Origin: Microthyrium microscopicum
Taxonomy: Eukaryota
Direction of reading: 5' to 3'
NCBI GenBank assembly: GCA_010405405.1
Contig: MU004244.1
Location: 499,895-563,894, forward strand
Length of the DNA stretch: 64,000 nucleotides
Position numbers and translations under genes: made by a program. Positions 1 to 10,864 of the stretch are shown here, piece by piece (position 1 is the stretch's first letter; each line of letters starts with the position of its first letter). The notes below the pieces were generated by a model. That model had not been told where the DNA came from. It ran no database searches and saw only the letters and a list, made by a program, of their open reading frames with translations.

Positions 1-689
1 ATCCGGTGATGCTTCCAATTCTGGATCTACGCCTCCCTGTGCCAGCAGACGTGTCCTCCATCTGTTCCTCTACGATCTCCTCAGCTGGCTCCGGAATCCG
101 AGCAACCGACACTGAAGCCTTCTTCCTTTTCTTCTTGCCGCTGTAGGCCACCTCCGGCGTGCTTGGCAATCCTTCCATGTACCCCGACACGCGCGCATTC
201 ATCTGCTGATTTCGCTCAATCGCCGCAGACACCGGTCCTCCATCGTACGGCGGCGTGCTGATTTCTGATCCAGTGGAACTTGCGCGGCTCATCCGCCTAG
301 CACCCGAGACACTGGTCGATAGGCTTGGTCGTCTGCTGAGTGGAACACCGATTGGAACGCCACGAAATCTGGCAAAATCGCCATGACCGTCACTGCTTGT
401 GCTGGCTGCGCTGCTAACGCTGCCATGGCGATCAGAAGAGCCGCCGATTATCATGAACTCATGGTTGCTGAGGTCCCATCCGGCGCAGAATGGACAAAAG
501 TCACAGCGAATCTCCTGCATGGCATTAGTATGCGACCCAGGCTCGACAAGGGAGTCAACTCACCCATCCTTCCAATGCCAGTTTACCGGGACAAGTGGTT
601 AATGTTATGCCAGAAGCGCATGGTTGGATCATATGATACCATCTGTGCTTGCAGGGAGTGGTCGCGTGGTTCAGGTCGACAAGACACAT
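1..689 (-). CDS. Hypothetical protein with Cys-rich N-terminus (runs off the left edge)
   Basis: ATG at 689 reads MCLVDLNHATTPCKHRWYH...LEGW, then a GTGAG...CTAAT...CAG intron (~516-562), then EIRCDFCPFCAGW, a Ser-rich region and KKKRKK. The frame stays open to the window edge. Confidence 0.65.
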
Positions 690-3263
690 TTTCAGTGTTG
701 TATTCGAGGTTCCAAGATGGTGACGATGTAATGGCGGAGAATTACTGGTGGCAGTTATTCTTTGTTTTGAGCCTCATGGGATGTTGTTTGTGGGGTAAGC
801 GATAAGGCGTGGGTTCTTTGTGCTGTTACTTGATCTGCCTTCCCTGTTTCAAAGAAGTCGTACAAACGGCAGTCTGGACCAACAGAGGATTGACGTAGTC
901 CAATGACAAACGACTTTGGAGCACGTTTTGATAACGATCGATTGGTTGTTGCCTATCTTGGTATAGGTGTGACCTGAAGGGAGATTGAGATAAGTCGAAT
1001 GGGCAAGTGCGATCTATTATCGAGATCGGATGCTGCGAGATATAAGATATCAGAATCAAAACAGCAAGTAGACTCGAGCAGTGGGATCTATAATGCAAGT
1101 GTGCGGTAAGCAGAACGCCTCATGCAATGCAGTAACTTTCAGCTTCCAAGGCAATGGTAATTCACAATCTGGAAGTATGACTGAACTAGAACTGCAAGGC
1201 GTCGGGAGTCTGCATACCTTTATCAATTCCTGGTCAACTTGATGTTGGGAACAACTGCTAGTTATGTTAGATCATGGTCTAAAACAATCATATCACTTTC
1301 TCCTTGGCTTAGCCAAGATCTTATCCGCCACGTCTCTTGGGCCGTTGATCGTCTCACAGTTCCAAGCTCTATTAGGCAAACAACCGTTTGTGATGAGATT
1401 ATTAGCCGCGAGCCGCCCGACTGCCTAGAACTTCCAAGTCAATAGTAAAGCGATCAAAGTACAATACTCAATATCAATCGTCCCAGCCAATTCTTATGGC
1501 TTGGAAAGTACAATTATTGATAGTGATCGTAAGTATCATCCATCTAGGCATGCAGAACGAATCCTAGAAGAACGCCATTGGACACGATATAATGTTACCA
1601 TTCAGCCGGGCTAGAGCTACTCCTGTGACCTAATCAACTTGGGTCCAAGATATCTTCAAAACCTAAATCGAGACTCTGTCGAATTGGCAGTGTTGCTCAA
1701 AAACAGGGGTTCACTTGGCCGCCAAGTCCCACAAAACCTTGATCTTCCATCAAAATTTCTCCCTTTCGAAGCGAAGCCGAACCAGAAGATCTCGACAGAA
1801 CTACATTTTTCTCTGAAATGGTTCCACAAGCACGAGGGTCGTCGCGAGCAATGAGGGGCAGAACGTGCAAGTCTGGTTGGTAAAATACCCCTTTCCGTCA
1901 TCACGGTGAGCATGCAAGCAGCTGGCAAGAAAAAAATCTCTGCCCTCTGCCAGCAGCATCATTGTCAGTATTATGATTCCGATCGCGCCGGCGGCTCAAA
2001 ATTACTCAAACAATATCAGAGGCTAGAGCAGATGAGCTTTTGGGCCGATATCTGCCGGAGAGAGACCCATGCAGGTGAGCTGATGGATTCGATGGATTCG
2101 ATGGAGGTTGCGAACTTGCGAGGCTGATTTCCAAGATCAACTAAGATACTCATCCCTTCCCTCGGAACGAGCCTAGATATGCAGACCAGCCGCACTGCTT
2201 TACTGAGTAGCCGTCTAGTCCCTGTGCCGGGCAAAGAAATATGGTGCTTATATGCAAACGCGACAGCGCTTGGCCTGTATTGGATGGCTGCCGGTGCGGA
2301 TGCTCGGGTTGGTAGGGAAGGAGGCTTGATAATGCCAGTTTGATATTGATGCTGAATCCCTATCAACGACAAGTCGAAAGCGCGCATCAGATACTGGGGG
2401 CTATTTCATTGGAAGCAATGATAATTCAATGCAAAAGGCTCATCATACTACTGCATCCTTTTCTCTCTTTTCTCACGATTTTCTTTTGCGTTCTCAAACC
2501 CCATTTTATCTTTGCTGATTGTGACTACCATCTTGCGCTTGACGAGGACCCCTTGTATGCTCTACGATTTAGCCAGTTGTATGTAGAGTTTATTCCTTGA
2601 ACCCAAGAGTTAACCTGTATGCGCCTTGATCGCCCTCTTAGCTGTCACGGCCAAGATGCTTGGACTCTTTATCTGACCTTTGAGCCCCAGACATATAGAA
2701 GACTCAGCCTTGTTCATGGCCGCTCTGCGACAGTGGTGGTTCAATATATTCGACTTCGACCTGACTTGGCCTTTTCGCCCAGCTTAGGAGGCTTCTCACC
2801 TTTGTCTTGGGTTGAATCTCGAGATGATCGGCATATTGCAGCCACATGCATATCGATATTTAGCTTAGACTATAACCATTGGCAGGAACCGTTTAACGGT
2901 CTTACAACCACTTGGCGCAGAGCCACGTGCGAAAGTTCTTTTTCTTTGTTTCGGCTTCTATTTTCTACAGACCAACTTATCAACAGGGAGGTTTTGGGCG
3001 AAGGCGCCACCGCAATCAACGCAAAAAATTCAGAGACGAAATCAGCTCAGTCAGAAGATTATTAGAATATACATTTCCATTTCAAAAGAGCGAAAATAAT
3101 TCTGCGTAGTGATCCGATCGAACCTGTGACCTTCTGGTGGTACGCTCGACCAAAAGAGGAAACTCACGATAATTGAAAATGACAAAAAATACACCTCCAT
3201 ACCAATGGTATTATGCGCTGTTGAGGAAAGTGTAATAAAAGCCTCACCCGGCTTTTTCCCAAT

Positions 3264-3389
3264 CATCTAGTTAGTCATCCACAAATATGTGGTGAATTAC
3301 CAGGCATCTGAGTTAGTCAGCCACAAACATGTGGTGAGTGGTCAGGCATCTGAATTAGTCATCCACATTTGATGTGGTGAGTAATCAGG
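3264..3389. repeat. Tandem repeat, 3 x ~42 bp
   Basis: Units resembling CATCTGAGTTAGTCATCCACAAATATGTGGTGAGTAATCAGG start at 3264, 3305 and 3347. Each has a CCACA...TGTGG palindromic core. Confidence 0.9.
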
Positions 3390-4319
3390 TAATTGGCCCA
3401 AATGCTGACAAAGAACGATGGGGTCTTCAGCTCAAATTTGAAAGACATTTGGGCCACCTGTTGGTTAGTGAAAGAATATTGGCACAATTGTTGTATATAT
3501 GGTGCAATTCGAATTCCACACTTTGCAACCACCCATAGCTTTTAGAACCACGCCCCCTCTGATAAACAATGGCCCAGATAATTACAAAGCTGGTTCAAGA
3601 AATATATAATATATCAATGATTTACATATTTCCAATTATTCCAACATTTTTCGTAAAGTATCTTCCGGAATGGTCGTTTACGAAGACTAGGGGGTAACAT
3701 ATATTGAAGCATCAATGGAGACATTTGATACATTTCAACGAGGAAACTCATGACACCCCCGATATGTCAAAGCCAAAGAAATCTAGATCATAGATGCTCC
3801 TATCGTTTGAACCATTTGAAGCATAATCCAGTGATTGTAGATAGAACGTGTCTCCCTTCCAGTTTCCATCTTCCGGAGAGATACCTATATCGGGGGAGAG
3901 TAATGTCTCGTTTTCTGCAGGACTTATAGGAGACTGCATTTGCTCCAATAATTGTCCGTTGGCATCCAGAACAGCCACTCCATATTTAAGCAAGCCTGCT
4001 CCTGTACTGCTAATACGTAGGATCCAGCGATATTCCGCAAGCAGTGCAATGTACGACTTGCGTTCCTCTTCATCCAGACTCGTAATTGTCAAGACTCTGG
4101 CGAAGATCCCAAGAATTGCTAGGCTGATACTCGAGGAGAAGTACCAGAAACCTCGGGAATGCTCTTGCTTCAGACGTTTCACAAAATCCAGCACAGATAC
4201 AAAGCGCATCTTCGCTGCCTGGCGCGTGATGAGTATCAAGTCCATGCTAGAATCCGGCATTCTATGCGAGCGTAGTATCGCCCGGTGTAGTGTGATCTCA
4301 GCTGTGTAGTATGCCACAG

Positions 4320-4456
4320 CAAATACTATAATTCCCATCACAATCGATCGATAGTGGTGGGATAGACGTAGTCCTTGGGAGACAAAGCACTCGATAACAA
4401 AGCGTGGCAGATGGGAGCCATAGAAGTCGATGGGGCACGCCAGTTATTTTGTCCTT
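4320..4456. mobile_element. MITE-family copy (partial) at the left inversion breakpoint
   Basis: Contains CAAAGCACTCGATAACAAAGCG...GATGGGAGCCATAGAAGTCGATGGGGCACGCCAGTTATTTTGTCC, similar to copies at 4913, 25770, 27420, 28161 and 56198. Confidence 0.65.
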
Positions 4457-4904
4457 CGCCTGGCTGTTCTCAGTAGCTTCATGGTACTCGTGAATCAAGC
4501 CGAGCGAACGTACACTGACCCAGATACTTGCAGTGGGGCGCCTTGGTCTATGGAAGACCATCAAACATCAGTAGTGATAACTGGAACGTTTACAACTGGA
4601 GGTGTCCGATTTCCCCGAGACTTCAGAAGATGACGACGAGGAAGGAAGTGCAGAGATTGAAAAAGGAAGACAAACCTTCATGGAAATGGTATCCCTCACC
4701 CAGATCGTGGCAGACATTCTTGATCAGTTCTTTACCTTGAAATCCGATCGGCGACGAGATCCACTATCTGCAGCTCTCGAAAGAGCAAAGCCGCTCCAAC
4801 TGAGGCTCAAGGAATGGTTTATGAATCTTCCACAGATTCTGTCAGTTGATGATACAAAGCCGCGAAGATTGTCATCCGTGGGAACTTGGATACCTGCACT
4901 TTTG

Positions 4905-4960
4905 GAAGCGTTGATGGGAGCCATTGGAGTTGATTGGGGCACGCTGGTTATTTTGTCCAC
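4905..4960. mobile_element. MITE-family terminal repeat at the right inversion breakpoint
   Basis: GATGGGAGCCATTGGAGTTGATTGGGGCACGCTGGTTATTTTGTCC closely matches 4410-4454. Confidence 0.7.
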
Positions 4961-5078
4961 CAGTTGACCAGCAATGGAGGCTTACTTTGTCTTGCATGTA
5001 TATGGCCCATGCGACGCGCTTTCGTACACCACGCTCCCAATCAGGAATCTTCCAATTAGAGCAGTTCAAGTTGATCCC

Positions 5079-5350
5079 TCGGATCTTAAAGAGGACATAG
5101 AAGACAAAGAATAGGGAGTTGATGTTTCCGAATTCGTTGCCTTTGAGTCCAATTTCAGTGCTGAAGCCAAAGATTACGGCATTGCCTAGCTACATAATAT
5201 GTTAGCAACAGAATTGAGGCAAATTAGTGGTAACACTTGCATTGGAGCGGTCTAAATAGTTCAGAACGAGAAACGCAAAGGCTTGGGGCATGAAGAACTT
5301 GTCGAACTTGCGTAAGCATGCCTTCTCCTTCACCGGGTCAATGTAGCAGA
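5079..5350 (-). pseudogene. 5' fragment of an ACS-family (Dal5/Tna1-like) MFS transporter
   Basis: YIDPVKEKACLRKFDKFFMPQAFAFLVLNYLDRSN, a GCAAGT...GCTAAC...TAG intron, then LGNAVIFGFSTEIGLKGNEFGNINSLFFVFYVLF. It then runs directly into the TF fragment. Confidence 0.75.
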
Positions 5351-5657
5351 AAATCATCTTACAAAATATATCTTACTTAGAATGTAGCATTGATACTAGA
5401 ATCTCAAGAGGTTATATCCGGTGAAATATGAGTAAGTAATCCTTAGATGCGAGTACTCGCACGAACCATGTTAACAGATCTAATTGATACATCAAATATC
5501 ATGATCTAATATACAAACCTTGACAATCCATCAGCGCTCCCAACGCCATGTAAATGCTCTCGCAAAAGAAGTTTTCCAAAAATCGAACCATAACGCTCCC
5601 GCTTTCAATTGGTATCATGAAGAAATCACAGAGCTCTTCTCGCCCCCAATATACCAG

Positions 5658-8135
5658 CTAAAACATCTCCCATCCCTGAATCTCCTGCCCCGTTAAGCGT
5701 CCTTTATCCCAATCCTTTCCATGTTCATACGATGCATCCATCGGCTCCTGATCAACTCCACAGTGATCCTCATGATCACGTCCACGGAACCATCCTAGAG
5801 CATACGTCTTGCCTATCTTCTCCAGATGTTTCGTCATCATGTCTGCATCTTTCCGCTCCGTGTCGATAAAGTCGTCCAACATGCGGCTCTGGTGGATGTA
5901 TGCTAGTACACCAGCGATGGAACCAGGCTGCCGCGGTAAAAAGACCCGTCCACGCCGGAGATATACGATACACGCGACTATGACTAGATAGATGAGAATT
6001 CCACCAGCGAGCGCGAAAGACGTCCAGAAGGAGCGGAATGTCTCGGTGCTATTTTGTCGGTCATCTGTTTCGTTGCCATCACCTCCATGGCCGGCGACGA
6101 ACTTCCTTCCGTCGACGGTAAACGAGGTTGCGCAGACGGTTAGAACTTCTGTGAGGATTGCGCCGAAGCTGACAGCTGCGATAAGCCAGTGGCGATTCAA
6201 GGCGGCTTTGAAGCTCAGATAGCCAGGGACAGTACCGGTGTAGTCCAGAGTGAGTGTTTTTGGGGGCGCGTTACGCTGTAAGAGGATATAATAAGGCTCG
6301 AGGACGCGCAATTCAATGTCGATGGCGCCCCAGCCGATTTTAACGCCGGTGGCGAGTGCGGTGAGAACCCAGGGGGTGCGGATTGTGACAATGTTGGCCT
6401 TTTGATCAAAGATGAAGAAGGGGAGGAGGGCGGCGACTACGACGATATAGAATACGTAGGGGATGCCGGTTATGAGACGGAGCATGACTGGATGTGGGTT
6501 TTCGTTCTTGTCTGGGGGCGTATGTTTCTCGCCTCGGACAAACTTACCCTGCCAGAGTGACGATTTGTGAAGGTTATATCGACGGGTGCGCAACTTGTCG
6601 TGGATACGGTTGTTGGTCGCAATGTCGAGACCCTTGAAGTCTACTAGAATGTGCGATTTGGTTGCCATGGCTGCTATGCCAGCAATTCCCTTTGGATCAC
6701 TGAGCAGACCTGACTTTCTTCGTAGTGCGAACAGGAGACAGATGCCGCATGTAGCTACTATAAGCAACGCCGCAGTCAGGCAACGTGAAAATATTGGATC
6801 CACCATAACTCGTTTGTCTTCTTTGCCGGTGGTGTACTTTGGTGTCACTTCGACTGCAGCTGATTGCAGAACTGCCAGGAGACTTCCAGATATGATAGCA
6901 GCTGTTGACGAACATACTACAGCCCATTGCTTATAGCGAATAGCTCGTAAAGGGATGAGATACGCCATGGCGGTAAGATAATCCAGATTAAGAGAAGCCC
7001 GTGCAATAGCCCCTTCGCGCTGTGAAAGTTGATAGTAGGGCTCCAGCCGTTTAACTTCGTAGTCAACAACCTGCCACATAACACCATACGTCACGAGAAT
7101 GATAGTTGGGAGATATTTCCATGTGAAATATGCCAGAATTGTTATGTCTTTGGGTGTCTGAAACTTGAGAAGTCCTTCCGAATTGCGTTGTGATATTTGA
7201 CAGAGAAATTCCTGCAGTCCTGCTAAGCTAATAGCAAGAATGACAAGGAGCGATATATAAGGCCATCGCATTGATATTGGTCTCCATGCCGGCTTCTCTG
7301 GATCCTCTGGAAAGTAGTATGAATTCAAATCACCACTTTGGGTAAATACTGTGTCCCGTCTCCCCGGCTGGTCTCCACCATCAAAAACACTAAGATCAAC
7401 TACACTCTCATGAATGGCGACAATCGCGTCTACTTTCTGCGCTTCCCGTTGTATGGCATTTCGAATTTGAGGATCTGTGGTCAGCGATTCTCCGCGTTTA
7501 TGACCAGGTTTTGATGCGACTGATGCGTTCATGACCATTGAGTCCATTCCACCTCCAAGTACATGATTGGCAACCGAAACCCCGCGAGGTATTGATAACT
7601 CGACCGTGGGTCCTTCAAATCCCGAGAGATCTATCCCAATATGCTCTCCAGGTTCCTCATCCAAGTTATCCAGTGTTTCATACCGTCCTCGCTTCGAGAG
7701 CTTCCCATCGCGCACAGATCCTATCCGATTCATTATCCCACGTGCTTTTGAAGGTGACGCTACATGTGCCTGTCCCGTCGCATCGAATCCAGAATCCTGC
7801 AACCGAGAATATGCAGTCCCCTCACCTAATGAAGGTAGTGCTGGCATAGACCCAAGGCTATACATCGAAGTTGTGCGCGACGGCGCCCATGTTGGTGACG
7901 CCAAATCCCCCGATTCCCCAAACTCGGATTCTGGAGGAGACACATCGCGTCGAACCGATCCATATCGACTTGGTAATCCACCGCCAGGAGTTGTGACGGA
8001 ATTCGCGGATGAGCGGCGTCGCGATGAGGATAGTAGATCTGAGAGGCGACTTTCGTTTGTCGAGGAGCGTCGCGGTTCTCTCGGTCGCTCAGGGGCTGGA
8101 CTGGCTATGCGCAGGGCATCGGGAAGGTTGGACAT
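5658..8135 (-). CDS. DUF3433 multi-pass membrane protein
   Basis: 825-aa single-exon ORF with a Ser/Arg-rich N-terminus and two repeats of the 'W..vD.evk.LEPYy.L.qr...a..sL.LDY' module among hydrophobic helices. Confidence 0.85.
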   Translation of the reverse strand: MSNLPDALRIASPAPERPREPRRSSTNESRLSDLLSSSRRRSSANSVTTPGGGLPSRYGSVRRDVSPPESEFGESGDLASPTWAPSRTTSMYSLGSMPALPSLGEGTAYSRLQDSGFDATGQAHVASPSKARGIMNRIGSVRDGKLSKRGRYETLDNLDEEPGEHIGIDLSGFEGPTVELSIPRGVSVANHVLGGGMDSMVMNASVASKPGHKRGESLTTDPQIRNAIQREAQKVDAIVAIHESVVDLSVFDGGDQPGRRDTVFTQSGDLNSYYFPEDPEKPAWRPISMRWPYISLLVILAISLAGLQEFLCQISQRNSEGLLKFQTPKDITILAYFTWKYLPTIILVTYGVMWQVVDYEVKRLEPYYQLSQREGAIARASLNLDYLTAMAYLIPLRAIRYKQWAVVCSSTAAIISGSLLAVLQSAAVEVTPKYTTGKEDKRVMVDPIFSRCLTAALLIVATCGICLLFALRRKSGLLSDPKGIAGIAAMATKSHILVDFKGLDIATNNRIHDKLRTRRYNLHKSSLWQGKFVRGEKHTPPDKNENPHPVMLRLITGIPYVFYIVVVAALLPFFIFDQKANIVTIRTPWVLTALATGVKIGWGAIDIELRVLEPYYILLQRNAPPKTLTLDYTGTVPGYLSFKAALNRHWLIAAVSFGAILTEVLTVCATSFTVDGRKFVAGHGGDGNETDDRQNSTETFRSFWTSFALAGGILIYLVIVACIVYLRRGRVFLPRQPGSIAGVLAYIHQSRMLDDFIDTERKDADMMTKHLEKIGKTYALGWFRGRDHEDHCGVDQEPMDASYEHGKDWDKGRLTGQEIQGWEMF

Positions 8136-9596
8136 GGTCTGTTGGGTGATCGATGTTGGGATTTGAGCTCTATGCGACGAGTTCGCGGTTCAGGGGTACA
8201 CGCATACGGGTTGGTGATGTCGAGTTGATCAGCGCAATACGGCGCAGATTCTGATTTGTATTTTAAGACTGTAGGATGGATCGCACGAGCTGAAGCGTGG
8301 AGATTTTGTCCAGCAAGTGAATACGAGGGCGGCTCTAATTTTTCCAGTTGTAGCGAAGTTCTAGATTCTAGCGGGCGGCACAGCTTGAGGCTCGAAGTTG
8401 TACACGGACGGGTGGTTTATCGGGAGCAAACAACAGCAGTCAACTACATAAGCGACAGGCGGAGACAAACGAGTGAATGAAAGAAACAAGAGGGCGAAGT
8501 ACTAAGTATTAAGAATTAGCGGGAGGAAGAGGAGAGGCAGACGGAGGATATTGTCATCAGATGCTCTTGTGCAGTTGCCAGTGTGAGGCAGTGCCCACCA
8601 CCAAAAAGCAGCCAAGTCCAGCAACGATGCAGCTGGCAAGCCTCGTTGGACAAACAAACTCATGAAACATCCTCGAAAATGGAACTAAAAGGTCTAGTTT
8701 CCTGGCGATGTGGCGCACGTCTCGTCGCCAATAATCACAAAGGGATTGGTGGGTTGAATTTGGGGGCCTCGATTGTGCATGAACCAGGTCACCAATTCAT
8801 CCCTTCTCTCGAGAGTCGAGCCTCGTCGTTAGGCTGAGAGGATGTATTTGACATGGTCGTAGATCCTGGGTCCTAGGGATTCCGATGTTCATTGAAAGCT
8901 CTTCCTGCAATGGAAAAGGAGCTTGCTGAATCTCTTCGCGCTGCGAAAGCAGAGGGTGTCGAATCTCAACCCTTGGACTTCAACTTTGAACTTCTCAAAG
9001 AGAGAAAGGTCTCGTACACAGAGGAGTTATAAATAGCGCCACTTAATGCAGAAAAAGCAAGTCTTGGGTTCGTGGAGGGGCTCATAAATGGCAGACACTC
9101 ATCCATAATCCATTGCTAAACCGCATGATCCTTTTGCTGAATGCTCCTCTTCATTTTGGAGTTGGAGGTAACAGCCTAACAGGTAGTAGGATGGAGATGC
9201 ATGTGCGTAACCCTTGAGTTCTTTATGATCTGCAAGGCACTGATCATTATTGTAAGGCTCAAAGGCTGTCAAGCTGTCAGACATGGGGTGGCAGCCAGGC
9301 GGATTCTGAACGACAGATACATGTACTCTACGAGTCTACGTCTTCAGAGGTTATTCATCGACACAATATCCCACCTATTATGGGGCGGTGTAGATCGGTC
9401 GTCAACAGCTGCTATCGTGTATTGTGCAAGACAAGGATACATAGCCCAATGTCACTCCATTTTACTGGCTGAACCAAAGTGCGGGCAGCCTTGTATCTTC
9501 AAAGGGCGTAACATTTCCTGTACTTCTCCATTCATCACAAAACTTCAGGACGAAAGCTCTTAACCGTCCACCAACTTACCAGCGTTCTTAATCCTC

Positions 9597-10043
9597 ATGT
9601 TCCATCGCCAATTGATATCCGCATCCTCTACTGTCCCAAGATTCCTCGCACGCACCATGTCGTCCGCTGCGCCGAAGACGGAGTGGCTGGTTATGGTTCC
9701 CGACAAGCCAAATGCACTGCAAAAGCGATTAGAAGTTCGCGCGTACGTATTTGGCCTCATTTCCGAATTGATTGATGTACTCAAAATCTACAGGAAGCAT
9801 TTGGAAAACATCACCCCAGCACACAAAGAAGGAAATGTGCCGATGGGCGGCGCATACCTCGCCGAACCACCAAAAGAAGGCGAGACTCCAAAAATGCTAG
9901 GCTCAGCAATGGTATTCCTAGCAAGCAGCAAAGAGGAAGTAGTAGAGCGGTTACGCGGTGATATTTACACGACTTCTGGGGTATGGGATGTGGATAATGC
10001 ACAGATTTGGCCGTTCAAGACTGCTATTCGATCTGGATTGTAG
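9597..10043 (+). CDS. YCII-related dimeric alpha-beta barrel protein (possible mitochondrial presequence)
   Basis: Motifs EWLVMVPDKPNALQKRLEVR, HL, GGAYL, GSAM and DIYTTSGVWD. A 51-nt GTACGT...CAG intron lies at 9743-9793. An Arg/Ser-rich leader precedes a second Met near 9658. Confidence 0.85.
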   Translation: MFHRQLISASSTVPRFLARTMSSAAPKTEWLVMVPDKPNALQKRLEVRAYVFGLISELIDVLKIYRKHLENITPAHKEGNVPMGGAYLAEPPKEGETPKMLGSAMVFLASSKEEVVERLRGDIYTTSGVWDVDNAQIWPFKTAIRSGL

Positions 10044-10064
10044 ATACCTAATTGAGAAAAAATA

Positions 10065-10589
10065 TCAAACACCATCTTCGAGCCCTTCGCCCTTGAGCAG
10101 TTGTCCGTTGACTTCTAATGGTTGGATTGGGAAGACGACCCATACGATTCGCACCCATTGTGTGGTGCTGCGGTTGAACCATTGGTGCATTGTTGCTCGT
10201 TGGACAATTGTATCTCCTGCTTTTAGAACTCGTCGTTCTCCGCTGTCGAGGAGGAGTTCTGCTTCGCCCTCGATGACAGTCCCGTAGTCCATTGTGAGTG
10301 TTCGATGCATTGGTGTTGATCCGCCAGGTGGTTGCTCAGTGCGGCGGAAGCAGACGCCAGTAGCCTGTACTGCAATCATAGATTTATTTGCCGCGGAAAA
10401 GCTGGCTGTTTCCGCGAGATCTTGCGTGAGATCAACGGGTATGCTGGATGCGACGTGGAGATCTGCGAAGCCTGATGTTTTGAAGTTTGGGTGTGATGAG
10501 GCTTCATCTTGGGTAAAGACGGATCTGCCATCAGGGGCGTTGGTGGTGATGAGACTCTGTGGCATTGAAAGTCCGAAAGGGTGAGCCAT
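10065..10589 (-). CDS. Cupin-domain protein
   Basis: PPGGSTPMHRTLTMDYGTVIEGEAELLLDSGERRVLKAGDTIVQRATMHQWFN is a typical fungal cupin_2 motif. Confidence 0.88.
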   Translation of the reverse strand: MAHPFGLSMPQSLITTNAPDGRSVFTQDEASSHPNFKTSGFADLHVASSIPVDLTQDLAETASFSAANKSMIAVQATGVCFRRTEQPPGGSTPMHRTLTMDYGTVIEGEAELLLDSGERRVLKAGDTIVQRATMHQWFNRSTTQWVRIVWVVFPIQPLEVNGQLLKGEGLEDGV

Positions 10590-10864
10590 TGCTTTGGCTA
10601 TTGGAGATTATTGTTGGTAAATCTAGGTAGAGAGTGCAGATTCCCGGGGCGATTTCAATCTCTTTAAATGTATGCAGAGTTAGTAAATCCAAAGCTGAAG
10701 TTGCAAGTTGTTAGACTCGTCATGTTAGGTGCCTGAGAGGGTTGATCATCGGTGTCCATAAATGGCAGGCGAGAAACATTAATCGCACTTTATACGACAA
10801 GAAACACGATATGACGTTGATATTTTGATTGAATGTGTTTGAAAAAACTGCGTATGAAGGCGAG

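Larger units (their letters stand above)
3748..5078 (-). pseudogene. Dal81/TamA-like fungal transcription factor relic with internal inversion and frameshift
   Basis: Minus 5078-4986 reads GINLNCSNWKIPDWERGVRKRVAWAIYMQDK followed by GTAAG. The next exon (WGALVYGRPSNI...SDFPE...RRLSSVG..GYLH) lies on the PLUS strand at 4534-4900 with a frameshift near 4590. The C-terminus (AYYTAEITLHRAI...EYRWILRISS) resumes on minus 4314-3748. No N-terminal Zn2Cys6 part is present. Confidence 0.8.

Noticed and set aside
3264..3389. CRISPR-like array
   Set aside because: The units are contiguous with no unique spacers, there are no cas genes, and the context is fungal.
4410..4960. Programmed invertible switch (shufflon-like)
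   Set aside because: The flanking motifs are in direct orientation, no recombinase is present in the window, and the gene also has a frameshift and a 5' deletion, so re-inversion would not restore it.
8850..9031. Short coding-like fragment MEKELAESLRAAKAEG
   Set aside because: Only about 40 codons with an upstream stop and no recognisable family.
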